A stretch of 64,000 nucleotides of DNA from Ignavibacteriales bacterium (GTDB lineage: Bacteria > Bacteroidota > Ignavibacteria > Ignavibacteriales > SURF-24), in NCBI GenBank assembly GCA_036261625.1, contig DATAKL010000064.1:231-64230 (forward strand). The letters run 5' to 3'. Each line of letters opens with the position of its first letter. Position 1 is the stretch's first letter. The notes under the pieces were generated by a model. It had not been told where the DNA came from. It made no database searches and saw only the letters and a list, made by a program, of their open reading frames with translations. The position numbers and the translations under genes were made by a program. Shown here in pieces: positions 1-8,994 of this stretch.

Positions 1-64
1 TGTTAAAATCAGTTTATTTTATAATTTTGTTAATACTTAATATTCATAGAGAGGGGAGGATAAA

Positions 65-565
65 TTGTATTATAAAATCTCTGATTTTCAGAAAGACTGG
101 CAGTTTGAACTGGAGTCTACATTAAAGGTAATGAAGAATCTTACTGATGCTTCATTAAAGCAGGAAGTTGTGCCCGATGGACGCACACTCGGGTTCCTGG
201 CATGGCATATTACTTTGTCCTTAGGCGAAATGATGAAGAAAACGGGGCTTAAAGTAGACTGCCCGCAGGAAGATGCCCCTGTGCCTGAATCGGCTCAGGA
301 GATCTGCAATGCTTATGAAAAAGCTGCAAAGTCTTTGCTGGAACAGATTACTTCAAACTGGACAGACGAAACCCTCCTTGCGGAAGATGATATGTTCGGC
401 CAGAAATGGGCGCGCGGCAATACGCTTTCAGCCCTGAACGCTCACCAGATCCACCACCGCGCGCAGATGACCATCCTGATGCGCCAGGCAGGGCTCAAAG
501 TCCCGGGCGTATACGGGCCTTCCAAAGAGGAATGGATTCAGATGGGAATGCCGGCTGCAAAATAA
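65..565 (+). CDS. DinB family protein (DinB_2-like)
   Basis: 166-aa ORF with a TTG start 5 nt after a GGAGGA RBS. The C-terminal HQIHHRAQM histidine motif is typical of DinB/YfiT-like four-helix-bundle proteins. Confidence 0.6.
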   Translation: MYYKISDFQKDWQFELESTLKVMKNLTDASLKQEVVPDGRTLGFLAWHITLSLGEMMKKTGLKVDCPQEDAPVPESAQEICNAYEKAAKSLLEQITSNWTDETLLAEDDMFGQKWARGNTLSALNAHQIHHRAQMTILMRQAGLKVPGVYGPSKEEWIQMGMPAAK

Positions 566-606
566 ACTATAAAAAGAATTTTTCTTAATAAATTTGAGAG
601 GGTATT

Positions 607-1857
607 ATGTTCGACCAAAATTATAAGTTTACCTGCGTGGAAAGATTTTTGCGCTACGTTAAGTACGATACGCAGTCCGACGAGGAATCCACAACTTTTC
701 CCAGCACCGCAAAGCAGCTAATTCTCCTTCGCGACCTGGCTAAAGAGCTTAAGGACATGGGTCTTGAGGATGCTCACGTTGATGAGCACGGATATGTAAT
801 TGCAACACTTCCTTCAAATACCGGTAAGGACGTTCCTGTAATAGGCTTCATCGCGCACGTCGATACGTCGCCTGCCGTTTCGGGCTACAACGTAAATCCG
901 GTCATTAACCGCAACTACCAGGGCGGCGATATCGTGCTCGAAAAGGACAATTCACAGGTAATTGAGGTTGAGAAAAATCCCGACCTTAAGGGAATGATAG
1001 GATATGACATTATTACAACCGACGGCACAACGCTCTTAGGCGCCGACAACAAGGCCGGAGTATCCGAAATAATGGACGCCGTAAACTATTTCCTTACCCA
1101 TCCTGAGGCCAAGCACGGTACAATAAAAATATGCTTTACACCCGATGAGGAAGTTGGCCGCGGAACCGAAAAATTCAACGTGGAAAAGTTCGGCGCTAAG
1201 TATGCCTATACGGTCGACGGATCTTCAAGAGGTGAAGTTGAAATTGAGACCTTCAGCGCTGATGCAGTTGTTGTGAAATTCGTGGGCAAGAATATCCATC
1301 CCGGATACGCCAAGGGGAAGATGGTTAACGCCATGAAAGTTGCCTCTTATTTCGTAAACAGCCTGCCCAAGGACAAGCTTTCACCCGAAACAACTGAAAA
1401 AAGAGAAGGCTTTGTTCACCCTACTTCCTTAAACGGCAACGAGGAGCTGACTACGGTAAAATTCATAATCCGCGACTTTGAAACTGAAAAGCTGAAGGGT
1501 TATGAAGACATATTGAAGGACCTGGCACAGAAGGCAGTTGCAGCATATCCCGGCTCGCGCATGGACTTTGAGGTAATTGAGCAGTACAGAAATATGAAGT
1601 ACGTGCTGGACAAGCACCCCCAGGTGGCTGAATATGCAGTTGAAGCCTTGAAGAGGCTCGACATTGCACCTATAATGTCTCCCATCCGCGGCGGCACAGA
1701 CGGATCGCGCCTGTCTTACATGGGCCTTCCCACGCCGAACATATTTGCCGGCGAACACAGCTTCCACAGCCAGCTCGAATGGGTTGCAATTCAGGATATG
1801 GAAATGTCGGTCAGGAATATCGTAACCATTGCTCAGGTGTGGGAAGAGAAGGCTTAA
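607..1857 (+). CDS. pepT: Peptidase T (tripeptide aminopeptidase, M20B)
   Basis: 416 aa. N-terminal ERFLRYVKYDTQSDE, HVDTSP and GADNKAGV motifs and the length match PepT. GAGAGG RBS upstream. Confidence 0.9.
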   Translation: MFDQNYKFTCVERFLRYVKYDTQSDEESTTFPSTAKQLILLRDLAKELKDMGLEDAHVDEHGYVIATLPSNTGKDVPVIGFIAHVDTSPAVSGYNVNPVINRNYQGGDIVLEKDNSQVIEVEKNPDLKGMIGYDIITTDGTTLLGADNKAGVSEIMDAVNYFLTHPEAKHGTIKICFTPDEEVGRGTEKFNVEKFGAKYAYTVDGSSRGEVEIETFSADAVVVKFVGKNIHPGYAKGKMVNAMKVASYFVNSLPKDKLSPETTEKREGFVHPTSLNGNEELTTVKFIIRDFETEKLKGYEDILKDLAQKAVAAYPGSRMDFEVIEQYRNMKYVLDKHPQVAEYAVEALKRLDIAPIMSPIRGGTDGSRLSYMGLPTPNIFAGEHSFHSQLEWVAIQDMEMSVRNIVTIAQVWEEKA

Positions 1858-1926
1858 AATATAAAAAGGGGGGATTTTCTTTCCCTTCATTTGTATTTTA
1901 TAAGTCAGTGTCTTTTTGTTAAATTT

Positions 1927-1951
1927 AAACCCGGCTAATTGCCGGGTTTTG
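1927..1951 (+). terminator. Rho-independent terminator after pepT
   Basis: cccggc-taatt-gccggg stem-loop followed by TTTT. Confidence 0.6.
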
Positions 1952-2003
1952 ATTATAATGAATAAATTTCCGGAACAGATAATATAAGACAGGTTTTTAT
2001 TTT

Positions 2004-2855
2004 ATGGCCGATCCGCTGAAAAAAGCCACAACCCTGGCTCTTTTTCTGAACATAATTCTTTTTCTGCTAAAGCTGACCGTGGGCATTATATCCAACTCGC
2101 TTACGGTTATCTCAGAGGCGGTGAATTCTTCGACTGACATAATATCCTCTCTGGCAATAAAGTACAGTGTCAGGATATCGTCCATGAAGCCCGATGAAAA
2201 GCACCAGTTCGGCCATACTGCCGCACAGCCCATTGCAACTTTCATAGTTGCAGTCTTTGCGGGCGTTCTGGGCCTCGATATTGTGCAGGAATCGGTTAAA
2301 AGAATTATTACCCCGGCTGACATAAAAATTTCACTTCCTGTCTACCTGGTCCTGGGCGTAACAATAGTGGTTAAGATTATCATGAACCGCTACCAGGTTT
2401 TTATTGGAAAGAAATATAACTCAACTGCCGTCCGCGCGCAGGCTGTAGACTCCATTAACGACGTAATGGCCTCTTCGCTTGCACTCATAGGCGTAATAGG
2501 TGTTCAGATCGGATACCCGAGAATTGACGGCGTGGGAGGACTTCTGGTTGCATTCTTTATACTGCGCTCGGGCTATGAAATTGCAAAGGAAAATATAGAT
2601 TACCTTATGGGCAAGGCTGCCGATGAAAACCTGATCATGGAAATTGCGAGCCGCGCTCTCAGGGTCCCGGGAGTTGAGGGCCTGAACGATCTGCGCTCGC
2701 ACTATGTAGGCGACAAGTTCCATATTGAAATCCATATTGAGGTAAAAAGGTCTGTCAGCACAAAGGAGTCGCACGACATCGGAAAGCAGGTAGAGTATGC
2801 AATTGAAGCTCTTCCCGATGTAAGAAAAGTTTTTGTACATATAGATCCGGTTTAA
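2004..2855 (+). CDS. Cation diffusion facilitator (CDF) family transporter
   Basis: 283 aa with a six-TM N-terminal region, a conserved HQFGH-type segment and a C-terminal cytoplasmic domain (HIEIHIEV...HIDP) typical of CzcD/FieF-like proteins. Confidence 0.85.
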   Translation: MADPLKKATTLALFLNIILFLLKLTVGIISNSLTVISEAVNSSTDIISSLAIKYSVRISSMKPDEKHQFGHTAAQPIATFIVAVFAGVLGLDIVQESVKRIITPADIKISLPVYLVLGVTIVVKIIMNRYQVFIGKKYNSTAVRAQAVDSINDVMASSLALIGVIGVQIGYPRIDGVGGLLVAFFILRSGYEIAKENIDYLMGKAADENLIMEIASRALRVPGVEGLNDLRSHYVGDKFHIEIHIEVKRSVSTKESHDIGKQVEYAIEALPDVRKVFVHIDPV

Positions 2856-2890
2856 GCTAATTTAATTATTTGATTAATTAGGAGTCAGGC

Positions 2891-3829
2891 ATGAAAAAAG
2901 CCATAGTATTCGTTTTGTTTCTTTTATTTCATCAGGCATCAGGGCAGAATATACCCGCCTATTATACTTACGACAAAGATCTTTCAAAATCGCTTCAGGA
3001 AATTGTAAACTCACTCGACCTGAACAAGAACTTTAACGTGGGTGAAGACGGCGAGGAACAGATCTCATTTGCCGTAATTGATCTTAACGGTCCCAAGCCG
3101 ATGATTGGCGGCGTAAACATGGATAACTTTATTTATCCAGCCAGCGTCTATAAAATGTATGTTGCCGCCCAGGTGCTTGCACAGGTAAGCGAAGGGAAAC
3201 ATTCCCTGCTTGAGCCCTATGTTCTCAAGGCACCCAACGATGTAGACAGCAGGACGGAGCTTAAAGATCCGCGCCCGGTTATAAAGGAAGGTGACACTCT
3301 GACCATAAATTACCTGCTGGATCTTATGATTACCAGGAGCGACAACTCTGCTGCCAACTGCATGATCGACATTGCCGGCAGACCCGCCATTAACGACATG
3401 ATGCACCGCTACGGATGGCAGGGAAGCGAAGTTACGAGAAAATACTTAAAAAGAAAATTTGAGGATCCGGGCTACGACACCGTGCGCGGCACCATGACGT
3501 CGGCTCTTCACGCAGCCGACTTTATGTACAGGATTTACACTAATCAGATGATCAATCCCTGGGTGAGTATGCAGATGAAGACATTCCTCGGGCGCCAGCT
3601 GGACAAGTCCAAGCTTTTCGCCGGGCTCCCGCCGAACGTAATGTATTACAACAAAACCGGGTGGTTCAGCTACTGGACAAACGACGTGGGCATTGTTGAC
3701 GACGGAAGGATAAGATACATAATTTCATGCTTCATTCCTCTGACCGAAGATCAGGCAGATCCAAAATTTAAGGAGATTTCCTCGCGCGTCTACAAGCTGA
3801 TATCCGAACGCCACAAAAAACAATCTTAA
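2891..3829 (+). CDS. Class A beta-lactamase-like serine hydrolase, secreted
   Basis: 312 aa with a signal peptide. Carries the SVYK (SxxK), SDN and KTG motifs in the class A order. Confidence 0.7.
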   Translation: MKKAIVFVLFLLFHQASGQNIPAYYTYDKDLSKSLQEIVNSLDLNKNFNVGEDGEEQISFAVIDLNGPKPMIGGVNMDNFIYPASVYKMYVAAQVLAQVSEGKHSLLEPYVLKAPNDVDSRTELKDPRPVIKEGDTLTINYLLDLMITRSDNSAANCMIDIAGRPAINDMMHRYGWQGSEVTRKYLKRKFEDPGYDTVRGTMTSALHAADFMYRIYTNQMINPWVSMQMKTFLGRQLDKSKLFAGLPPNVMYYNKTGWFSYWTNDVGIVDDGRIRYIISCFIPLTEDQADPKFKEISSRVYKLISERHKKQS

Positions 3830-3835
3830 TTTGCC

Positions 3836-3869
3836 ATGCAGGGGACTGTCGCAAAACCGTCCCCTGCAT
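3836..3869 (+). terminator. GC-rich hairpin right after the stop codon (possible terminator)
   Basis: Perfect 11-bp stem atgcaggggac/gtcccctgcat with a 12-nt loop, starting 7 nt after the TAA. The T-tract is weak. Confidence 0.45.
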
Positions 3870-3995
3870 TAAATCCTCCCAAAAATTTCCCCGTGTGATT
3901 TTCATCCTTTCCTTTTTGTCTGAAAATGATATTATTTAATAAAAGAGCGATCCCGCTGGAGAGGATGAGAATATAACAAAATAAGGGAGGGAAGC

Positions 3996-4157
3996 ATGTT
4001 GTACATATTCCTGTACCTGGCCGTGTTTGTCTTATGGGTTGTAATTGAGCTTGTGACTGCGCCAAAAGGTTATGAAGATGAAAATGGGTTTCACTACGGC
4101 ATTCCGCCGTCGGGTGACCTGAAAAGGGAGCTCCGAAAGAGCATTAATCTCAACTAA
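3996..4157 (+). CDS. Small membrane protein (53 aa), hypothetical
   Basis: Not in the ORF track (below its size cutoff). ATG lies 6 nt after an AGGGAGGGA RBS. One hydrophobic helix (MLYIFLYLAVFVLWVVIELV) is followed by a charged tail, and a terminator follows the gene. Confidence 0.5.
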   Translation: MLYIFLYLAVFVLWVVIELVTAPKGYEDENGFHYGIPPSGDLKRELRKSINLN

Positions 4158-4183
4158 TTTTCCAATTGATCAAAAATAAAAAA

Positions 4184-4218
4184 GGCTGTCTCCTGAACAA
4201 TCGGAGCCAGCCTTTTTT
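4184..4218 (+). terminator. Rho-independent terminator
   Basis: ggctgtctcc/ggagccagcc stem (1 mismatch) followed by TTTTTT. Confidence 0.6.
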
Positions 4219-4252
4219 ATTTAATGTCCTGCCCCGCCGCAAAAATAAAAAT

Positions 4253-4688
4253 CCAATGAAATCTGAGCCTTTAGAACGACGCAGTTAATAAGCCCGACTC
4301 ATAGTCGGGCGAAACCTCAGTAGCCCAGCGTTGCAAGTCCTCCTCCGGGGAGGACGCAGCAACCCTGGGTTAAGGAATCAAAAAATTCCCCTAGCGCCGT
4401 AGGTGCGGCATATAAGATCCCGATGTCTGGCGGATAATGCCCTGATTGGCGGATATTCCCATGGAATGTGAATTAAATTAAATCCCTATCGGATAAACCT
4501 GTTTGAACCCCATGCGTAAAATCTAATATGCCACCGCCTGACGGGGCTTTGGTGGGTTGTGGGGATCCGTTAACCCAGGGTTTTTCATCCCCTCACGGGG
4601 ATCTCAAACCCTGGGCTACTGATGTCTCGTCCTCCTTACGGAGGACTTACTGACAGCGTTATTCTAAATGCTCTGCTTTCATGGAATT
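4253..4688. repeat. Element A: long inverted-repeat structured element (REPIN-like, three hairpins per arm)
   Basis: The two arms are reverse complements in linear blocks, with GTAG at 4320-4323 mirrored by CTAC at 4616-4619. The embedded hairpins differ in sequence but stay self-complementary. Confidence 0.8.
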
Positions 4689-4696
4689 TGTTAAAT

Positions 4697-4722
4697 TAAA
4701 AAGCCCTTTCGGAGAAGGGCTT
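4697..4722 (-). terminator. Rho-independent terminator of the DUF4175 gene
   Basis: On the minus strand, aaagccctt-ctccga-aagggcttt is followed by a TTTTTAATTT run. Confidence 0.6.
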
Positions 4723-4730
4723 TGTTAAAT

Positions 4731-7700
4731 TTATTTGCTGGTGTCCTGCTGAAGCGACTCGTAGTATTTGCGGATCAGGTTTTCGTAATCCTTCGAGTAG
4801 CCTTCCTGAACCGCCCTCATGAGCTCGTCTTTTAAGCGGTTGTGAGATTTCTGAAGGTTTAATTCCGCGGGCGACTTCTGCGCTATCTCCTTGCCCGAGG
4901 TGGATTCCCTTTCCTTTTCAAAATCACGGTCGTTGATCGATTTCTGCGCATCCAATAGCTTCGACAGGATCCTCTCCTGCTTCTGTATCACTTCGTCGTT
5001 CAATTTCTCGGTCTTCATGTCGGAAACCACTTCCTGCATCTCTTTTAAGACGTTGTCCAAATTTGCCGGAAGCTTTTTCGACTCTCCCGACATTTTGCTT
5101 TCCCGGTTTAATTCCTCCAAAGACTTTCTTATCATCTCCTGCTGCTGCGCAAGACGCTGCATCTGGGCCTGCTGCTGAAGCGAAAGCGAACCCTGATTCA
5201 GCTGCTGAGTCATGTTGTTCAGATTCATCTGCTGCTGCCCCATCTTCTGAAGCTGCTGCATCATGGACATCATGCCCGAGCCTGAACCCTGACCGTTTAA
5301 CATGTTTTCCATCGTGTGCTTTAAGATCTCGGCCGATTCATTCAAAGCACTCATGGTCGACTTCTGCTTGTCGGCGGCTGAACTGCCGTTCCTCATCTGA
5401 AGATCGCTCATGGACTGACGCATTCCCAGCTGCGCTTTGCCCAGGGCCTGCCCCAGCTCGGGCGAAATTGCAAATGTCTTCTGCGAAAGCTTGCCTAACT
5501 GTCCCATTATCTTATCCATTCCGCTCTGAAGACTGCTCTGCTTTTTAGCATTTTCATTTAACTGCTGACTGCCGGGATCCATTTTCTGCGTCTGGTTCTT
5601 TAAGGCTTCCTGCTCTTTGGAAAGCGTAAGAAGATTATCCAGAATTTTCCTCATCTCGTTAAATGCCTGGCGCTGGTTCTGCTGCTGCATCTGCTGCTGC
5701 ATCTGCTGCATCTTCTTTTTCATTTGCTTCATGTTCTGAGCCAGGTTCTGCTGCTTCTGCTGAGCCTGCTGCTTCTGCCCCTGCTGAATATTTTCTTGAG
5801 CCTGCTGCGACATCTGATCGTTCTGCTGCTTGTCGAACTCCTCCTGCGCCTGCTTCATCTTGTCCTTCGGCATGTCTTCAAATTCCTGCATCTTTTCCTT
5901 CAGGTCATCCATCTTCTTCTCAAGATCCTTCAGGTCATCCGACATGTCCTTCTGCTTTTCTGAAAGATCCTGCTTCTGATTATTGTCGTTAAGGTTGCTT
6001 TTCTGAGTCTCCTGCTTTAAGTCTTCTGCCCTTTTTGTCAGGTCTTCAGTTCTTTTTAATATCTCATCCATCTTCTGTTCGACCTGTGTTCTCTTTAAGA
6101 GCTTGAGAGTTCTTTCAATGCTCTTCTTGAACATGTCCTCGTCGAACTTCATCTGTTCCATATTCTGCTGAACGTTATCGCGGTTCATCTGCTGCAGGGC
6201 CTGCTGGAATTTCTCCATGGCCTTCTTCATCTCCTCGCTGCTCAGCTGCTGGAAGAGGTTCTGCAGCTCCATGTACTTCTGCAGGGTTTCCTTCGAAAGG
6301 AGGTTATTCTGCTGCATGTCGTTCTGCATCTTGGCCATGTCTTTTCTCACCTCATCAACCTTATGCTCCAGCTCGTCGAACTTCTGCAGGGCCTTGTCGA
6401 GTCTTTCCTTTTCCTGCCAGGTAATGTCTTTTTTGTCCTGCTTTAAGTCCTGGCTCATCTTCTCCAGATTGTCTTTGAGCTTCTGCGCCTCGGTAAGGGT
6501 CTCGGTTAGTTTTTTTTCTGCCGACTCCTGAGTGTTGTCTGCCTGATGGAAGAGTGCATCGAGTGAAGGAACCCGGACGTTAAACAGTGCGGTTTTAGCC
6601 GACTTGGGACCGCTTACGTTATCATTGTCAAAAACCTCGATGTAGTAGGTTACCACGTCCTGAGCCTTAAGCTTTAAGGGGGAGAGGTTCCATATATAAT
6701 TTACATCCTGCTCTTTAGTGCCTCTTTGAATCGGAATTTCAAGCGTCTGGAACTCATCGGAGGGTTTCTGGACCTTTGATGCGCTCAGGCGGTAATGGAC
6801 AAGAAGCCTTGTAAAACCGAAGTCGTCGCTTATTCTGAGTAAGAGTGGTACGCGGTCGTCTTCGGAAAGTGTAACGTCCTTGTTCGGCGTTATAAACTCT
6901 ATAACAGGATAATTATCCGTAAGTGCCTTAATTGAAAAGCTGATCGGGTTATCGTTGTTATGCCCGTCGAGGTCTGTAAGCTGAATGGAATAGTTTACAT
7001 CCTTCTTAATCCTGTAAGTCCCTGATGCATTTTTCCCGCTGACTGAAAGGGGGGCCTCAGTGGAATCGGTAAAGACAAGTCTGGCACCTTTAAGATCTTT
7101 TGTTGAAAGTATGTCGAACCTGATCTGGCTTCCAGGTAAAGATGTTACGTTTCCGTTATCCTTCTGCTCAACTGTCTGCTCCCGGGAGTAGGCAGGAGGC
7201 GTTACGGTTACGTCCATTGCCCTTATTATAGGCTTATCTACAACCGTAATATTGAACTGGCGGCTTTGCACCTCTTCGGCTGAAACGTAATAGGTAAAAG
7301 AGCTCCTGACGGCAGGAATTTCAAAATAGTAAGTTCCGGAAGAATCGGGGTGCAGGTCCCTCTCGCTAAACTCTGCCTGCTCGACATACTTAACTGCAAG
7401 AGAAACATTCTTAGGCTTCTGTCCAAAAACTTTAATTCTTATCTTTACATCCTCTCCCTTTGTTACTTCCTGGTCGCCCGGCTTAACATCGAAAGTAAAT
7501 CTTGCAGGCGGTATGAATTCGCTGCTGAAATTTGTAAGTCTGTATGAAGCGGCTCTAAGGGAAGAAAACGCGGTAAAGAGAATGGCCGCAAAGAGCACAA
7601 CTGCCGAAAGATAGCGGAACATTTTTTTTGTTTTTGTAAAGCTTACGGCTTCGTTAAAGTTTACAGACTTTGTTTTAAGATATACCTGCCGGAATGCTGC

Positions 7701-8099
7701 ATCGGCAAGGTTCTGCGAGTAGTATTTTCCACCGCCGTTATCCTTTACCTCAATAAGCTGCATTGCATTAAGGAGTTCATCCTTAATTGAAGGGAAGAAG
7801 TTTCCGATTTTCCGTGCCGTTTCATTATAGTCCGGGCGGCTGAAAATATTAAAGTATTTGGAAAAAGGATAAAGGAAGAAGTATCCAAATGACCCGAAAG
7901 AGACTATTAGGAAGAGAAGGAACAGTGCGGTTCTTACCGCAGAGGAAAAATTCCCGGCCCATTCAAGAAGCGACAGAAAGAGAAACAGTGAAACTGCAGC
8001 AATGAGCGTAAAAGCAAGTCCTGTAAGTCCCAGGTTCAGATATTCCCGTTTCGAGAGCTTGTCGAATCTATTTAATATTTCTTTGTAGTAAGAGTTCAT
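4731..8099 (-). CDS. DUF4175-like membrane protein with a very long Q/M/K/E-rich coiled-coil region
   Basis: 1122 aa. N-terminal TM helices are followed by an Ig-like beta-rich middle, then about 550 aa of low-complexity coiled coil (QQMQQQMQQQNQ etc.). It lies immediately downstream of a DUF4159-like gene. Confidence 0.65.
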   Translation of the reverse strand: MNSYYKEILNRFDKLSKREYLNLGLTGLAFTLIAAVSLFLFLSLLEWAGNFSSAVRTALFLLFLIVSFGSFGYFFLYPFSKYFNIFSRPDYNETARKIGNFFPSIKDELLNAMQLIEVKDNGGGKYYSQNLADAAFRQVYLKTKSVNFNEAVSFTKTKKMFRYLSAVVLFAAILFTAFSSLRAASYRLTNFSSEFIPPARFTFDVKPGDQEVTKGEDVKIRIKVFGQKPKNVSLAVKYVEQAEFSERDLHPDSSGTYYFEIPAVRSSFTYYVSAEEVQSRQFNITVVDKPIIRAMDVTVTPPAYSREQTVEQKDNGNVTSLPGSQIRFDILSTKDLKGARLVFTDSTEAPLSVSGKNASGTYRIKKDVNYSIQLTDLDGHNNDNPISFSIKALTDNYPVIEFITPNKDVTLSEDDRVPLLLRISDDFGFTRLLVHYRLSASKVQKPSDEFQTLEIPIQRGTKEQDVNYIWNLSPLKLKAQDVVTYYIEVFDNDNVSGPKSAKTALFNVRVPSLDALFHQADNTQESAEKKLTETLTEAQKLKDNLEKMSQDLKQDKKDITWQEKERLDKALQKFDELEHKVDEVRKDMAKMQNDMQQNNLLSKETLQKYMELQNLFQQLSSEEMKKAMEKFQQALQQMNRDNVQQNMEQMKFDEDMFKKSIERTLKLLKRTQVEQKMDEILKRTEDLTKRAEDLKQETQKSNLNDNNQKQDLSEKQKDMSDDLKDLEKKMDDLKEKMQEFEDMPKDKMKQAQEEFDKQQNDQMSQQAQENIQQGQKQQAQQKQQNLAQNMKQMKKKMQQMQQQMQQQNQRQAFNEMRKILDNLLTLSKEQEALKNQTQKMDPGSQQLNENAKKQSSLQSGMDKIMGQLGKLSQKTFAISPELGQALGKAQLGMRQSMSDLQMRNGSSAADKQKSTMSALNESAEILKHTMENMLNGQGSGSGMMSMMQQLQKMGQQQMNLNNMTQQLNQGSLSLQQQAQMQRLAQQQEMIRKSLEELNRESKMSGESKKLPANLDNVLKEMQEVVSDMKTEKLNDEVIQKQERILSKLLDAQKSINDRDFEKERESTSGKEIAQKSPAELNLQKSHNRLKDELMRAVQEGYSKDYENLIRKYYESLQQDTSK

Positions 8100-8165
8100 A
8101 GTTCAGGTTCAAAAGTAAAAAGCCGTAACATACGGCATGAATAATCCGTTTCCGGGCCAAAAACA

Positions 8166-8834
8166 TCAGTGTGAAAGTGCCCAGACCACAAGGTTTGTAC
8201 CGAAGCGCAATGCCTCCTCCCGTTTAGCAGGAGGGTCGCCATGCACTTCCGGGTCAGCCCATCCGTCGCTCGGGTTGCTTTCATATGTATAATAAACAGC
8301 CAGGCGCTCATTAAGAAAAATTCCGAAACCCTGCGGCTTCTTTCCGTCGTGCTCGTGGGTTTTCGGGACCCCTGCGGGAAAATCGTAAAAGCAGTGATAG
8401 AGCCCGTAGCTGAAAGGGAGTTCCACCAGTTCTTTGTCGGGAAAAACCCTTTTTATTTCTCTTCTGAATGCCTTATCCAGCCCGTAATCGTCATCCACGT
8501 ATAAAAAACCGCCGTTTTCAAGATAACTTCTCAGCCTTGTAACCTCGTTATCCGAAAGGACTATATTCCCATGTCCTGTCAGATAAAGGAAGGGATAAGA
8601 GAAAATATCGTCGCTGTTCAGATCCACGAACACATAATCTGCCTTAACTTTAATATTTGTATGCTCCGATACATATTTAAGCAGATTTACCTCTTCGGAA
8701 GGGTCATTATACCAGTCACCCCCGCCATTATATTTGACGCGTGCAATCTGAAAAGCCGGCTCGTTCTGTGCAAAGATATTTATATTTACTGCAGCAAGAA
8801 CAATTAAAATTTTAATGAAAAATCTCAAATTCAT
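8166..8834 (-). CDS. DUF4159-like secreted protein
   Basis: I place the start at ATG 8834 (MNLRFFIKILIVLAAV signal peptide). The YNGGGDWYNDP and FLYLTGHG motifs are recalled from DUF4159 family members. Confidence 0.6.
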   Translation of the reverse strand: MNLRFFIKILIVLAAVNINIFAQNEPAFQIARVKYNGGGDWYNDPSEEVNLLKYVSEHTNIKVKADYVFVDLNSDDIFSYPFLYLTGHGNIVLSDNEVTRLRSYLENGGFLYVDDDYGLDKAFRREIKRVFPDKELVELPFSYGLYHCFYDFPAGVPKTHEHDGKKPQGFGIFLNERLAVYYTYESNPSDGWADPEVHGDPPAKREEALRFGTNLVVWALSH

Positions 8835-8994
8835 AAAAAATAATATATCCAGTAATGCCGTGAATATCAATTTAATAAATGGGTCCTCAGAAGGTTTTAA
8901 ACCCGGGAATAAATAAAGTTCCTGTTTTCTAATTAGTATTTATTTCTTAGTTTTTCCATGATCTTTAACAAGTTTTAGAATTTCAGGATATTTT

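Noticed and set aside
4253-4688. Integron attC-site interpretation of the hairpin elements, prompted by GTTAAGG / GTTAGGA / GTTAAC motifs resembling the GTTRRRY core.
   Set aside because: The flanking genes are housekeeping genes on both strands rather than a co-oriented cassette array. The last core position is G or A, not Y. The elements are longer and more compound than attC sites, and no intI gene is in the window. A dedicated attC covariance-model search (as used by IntegronFinder) would settle the question.
4891-6531. Several plus-strand ORFs (95-161 aa) rich in Ala/Ser/Cys/Leu.
   Set aside because: They are antisense shadows of the CAG/AAG/GAA-rich low-complexity coiled-coil region of the DUF4175-like gene. 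Their composition is the mirror image of that region's codon bias.
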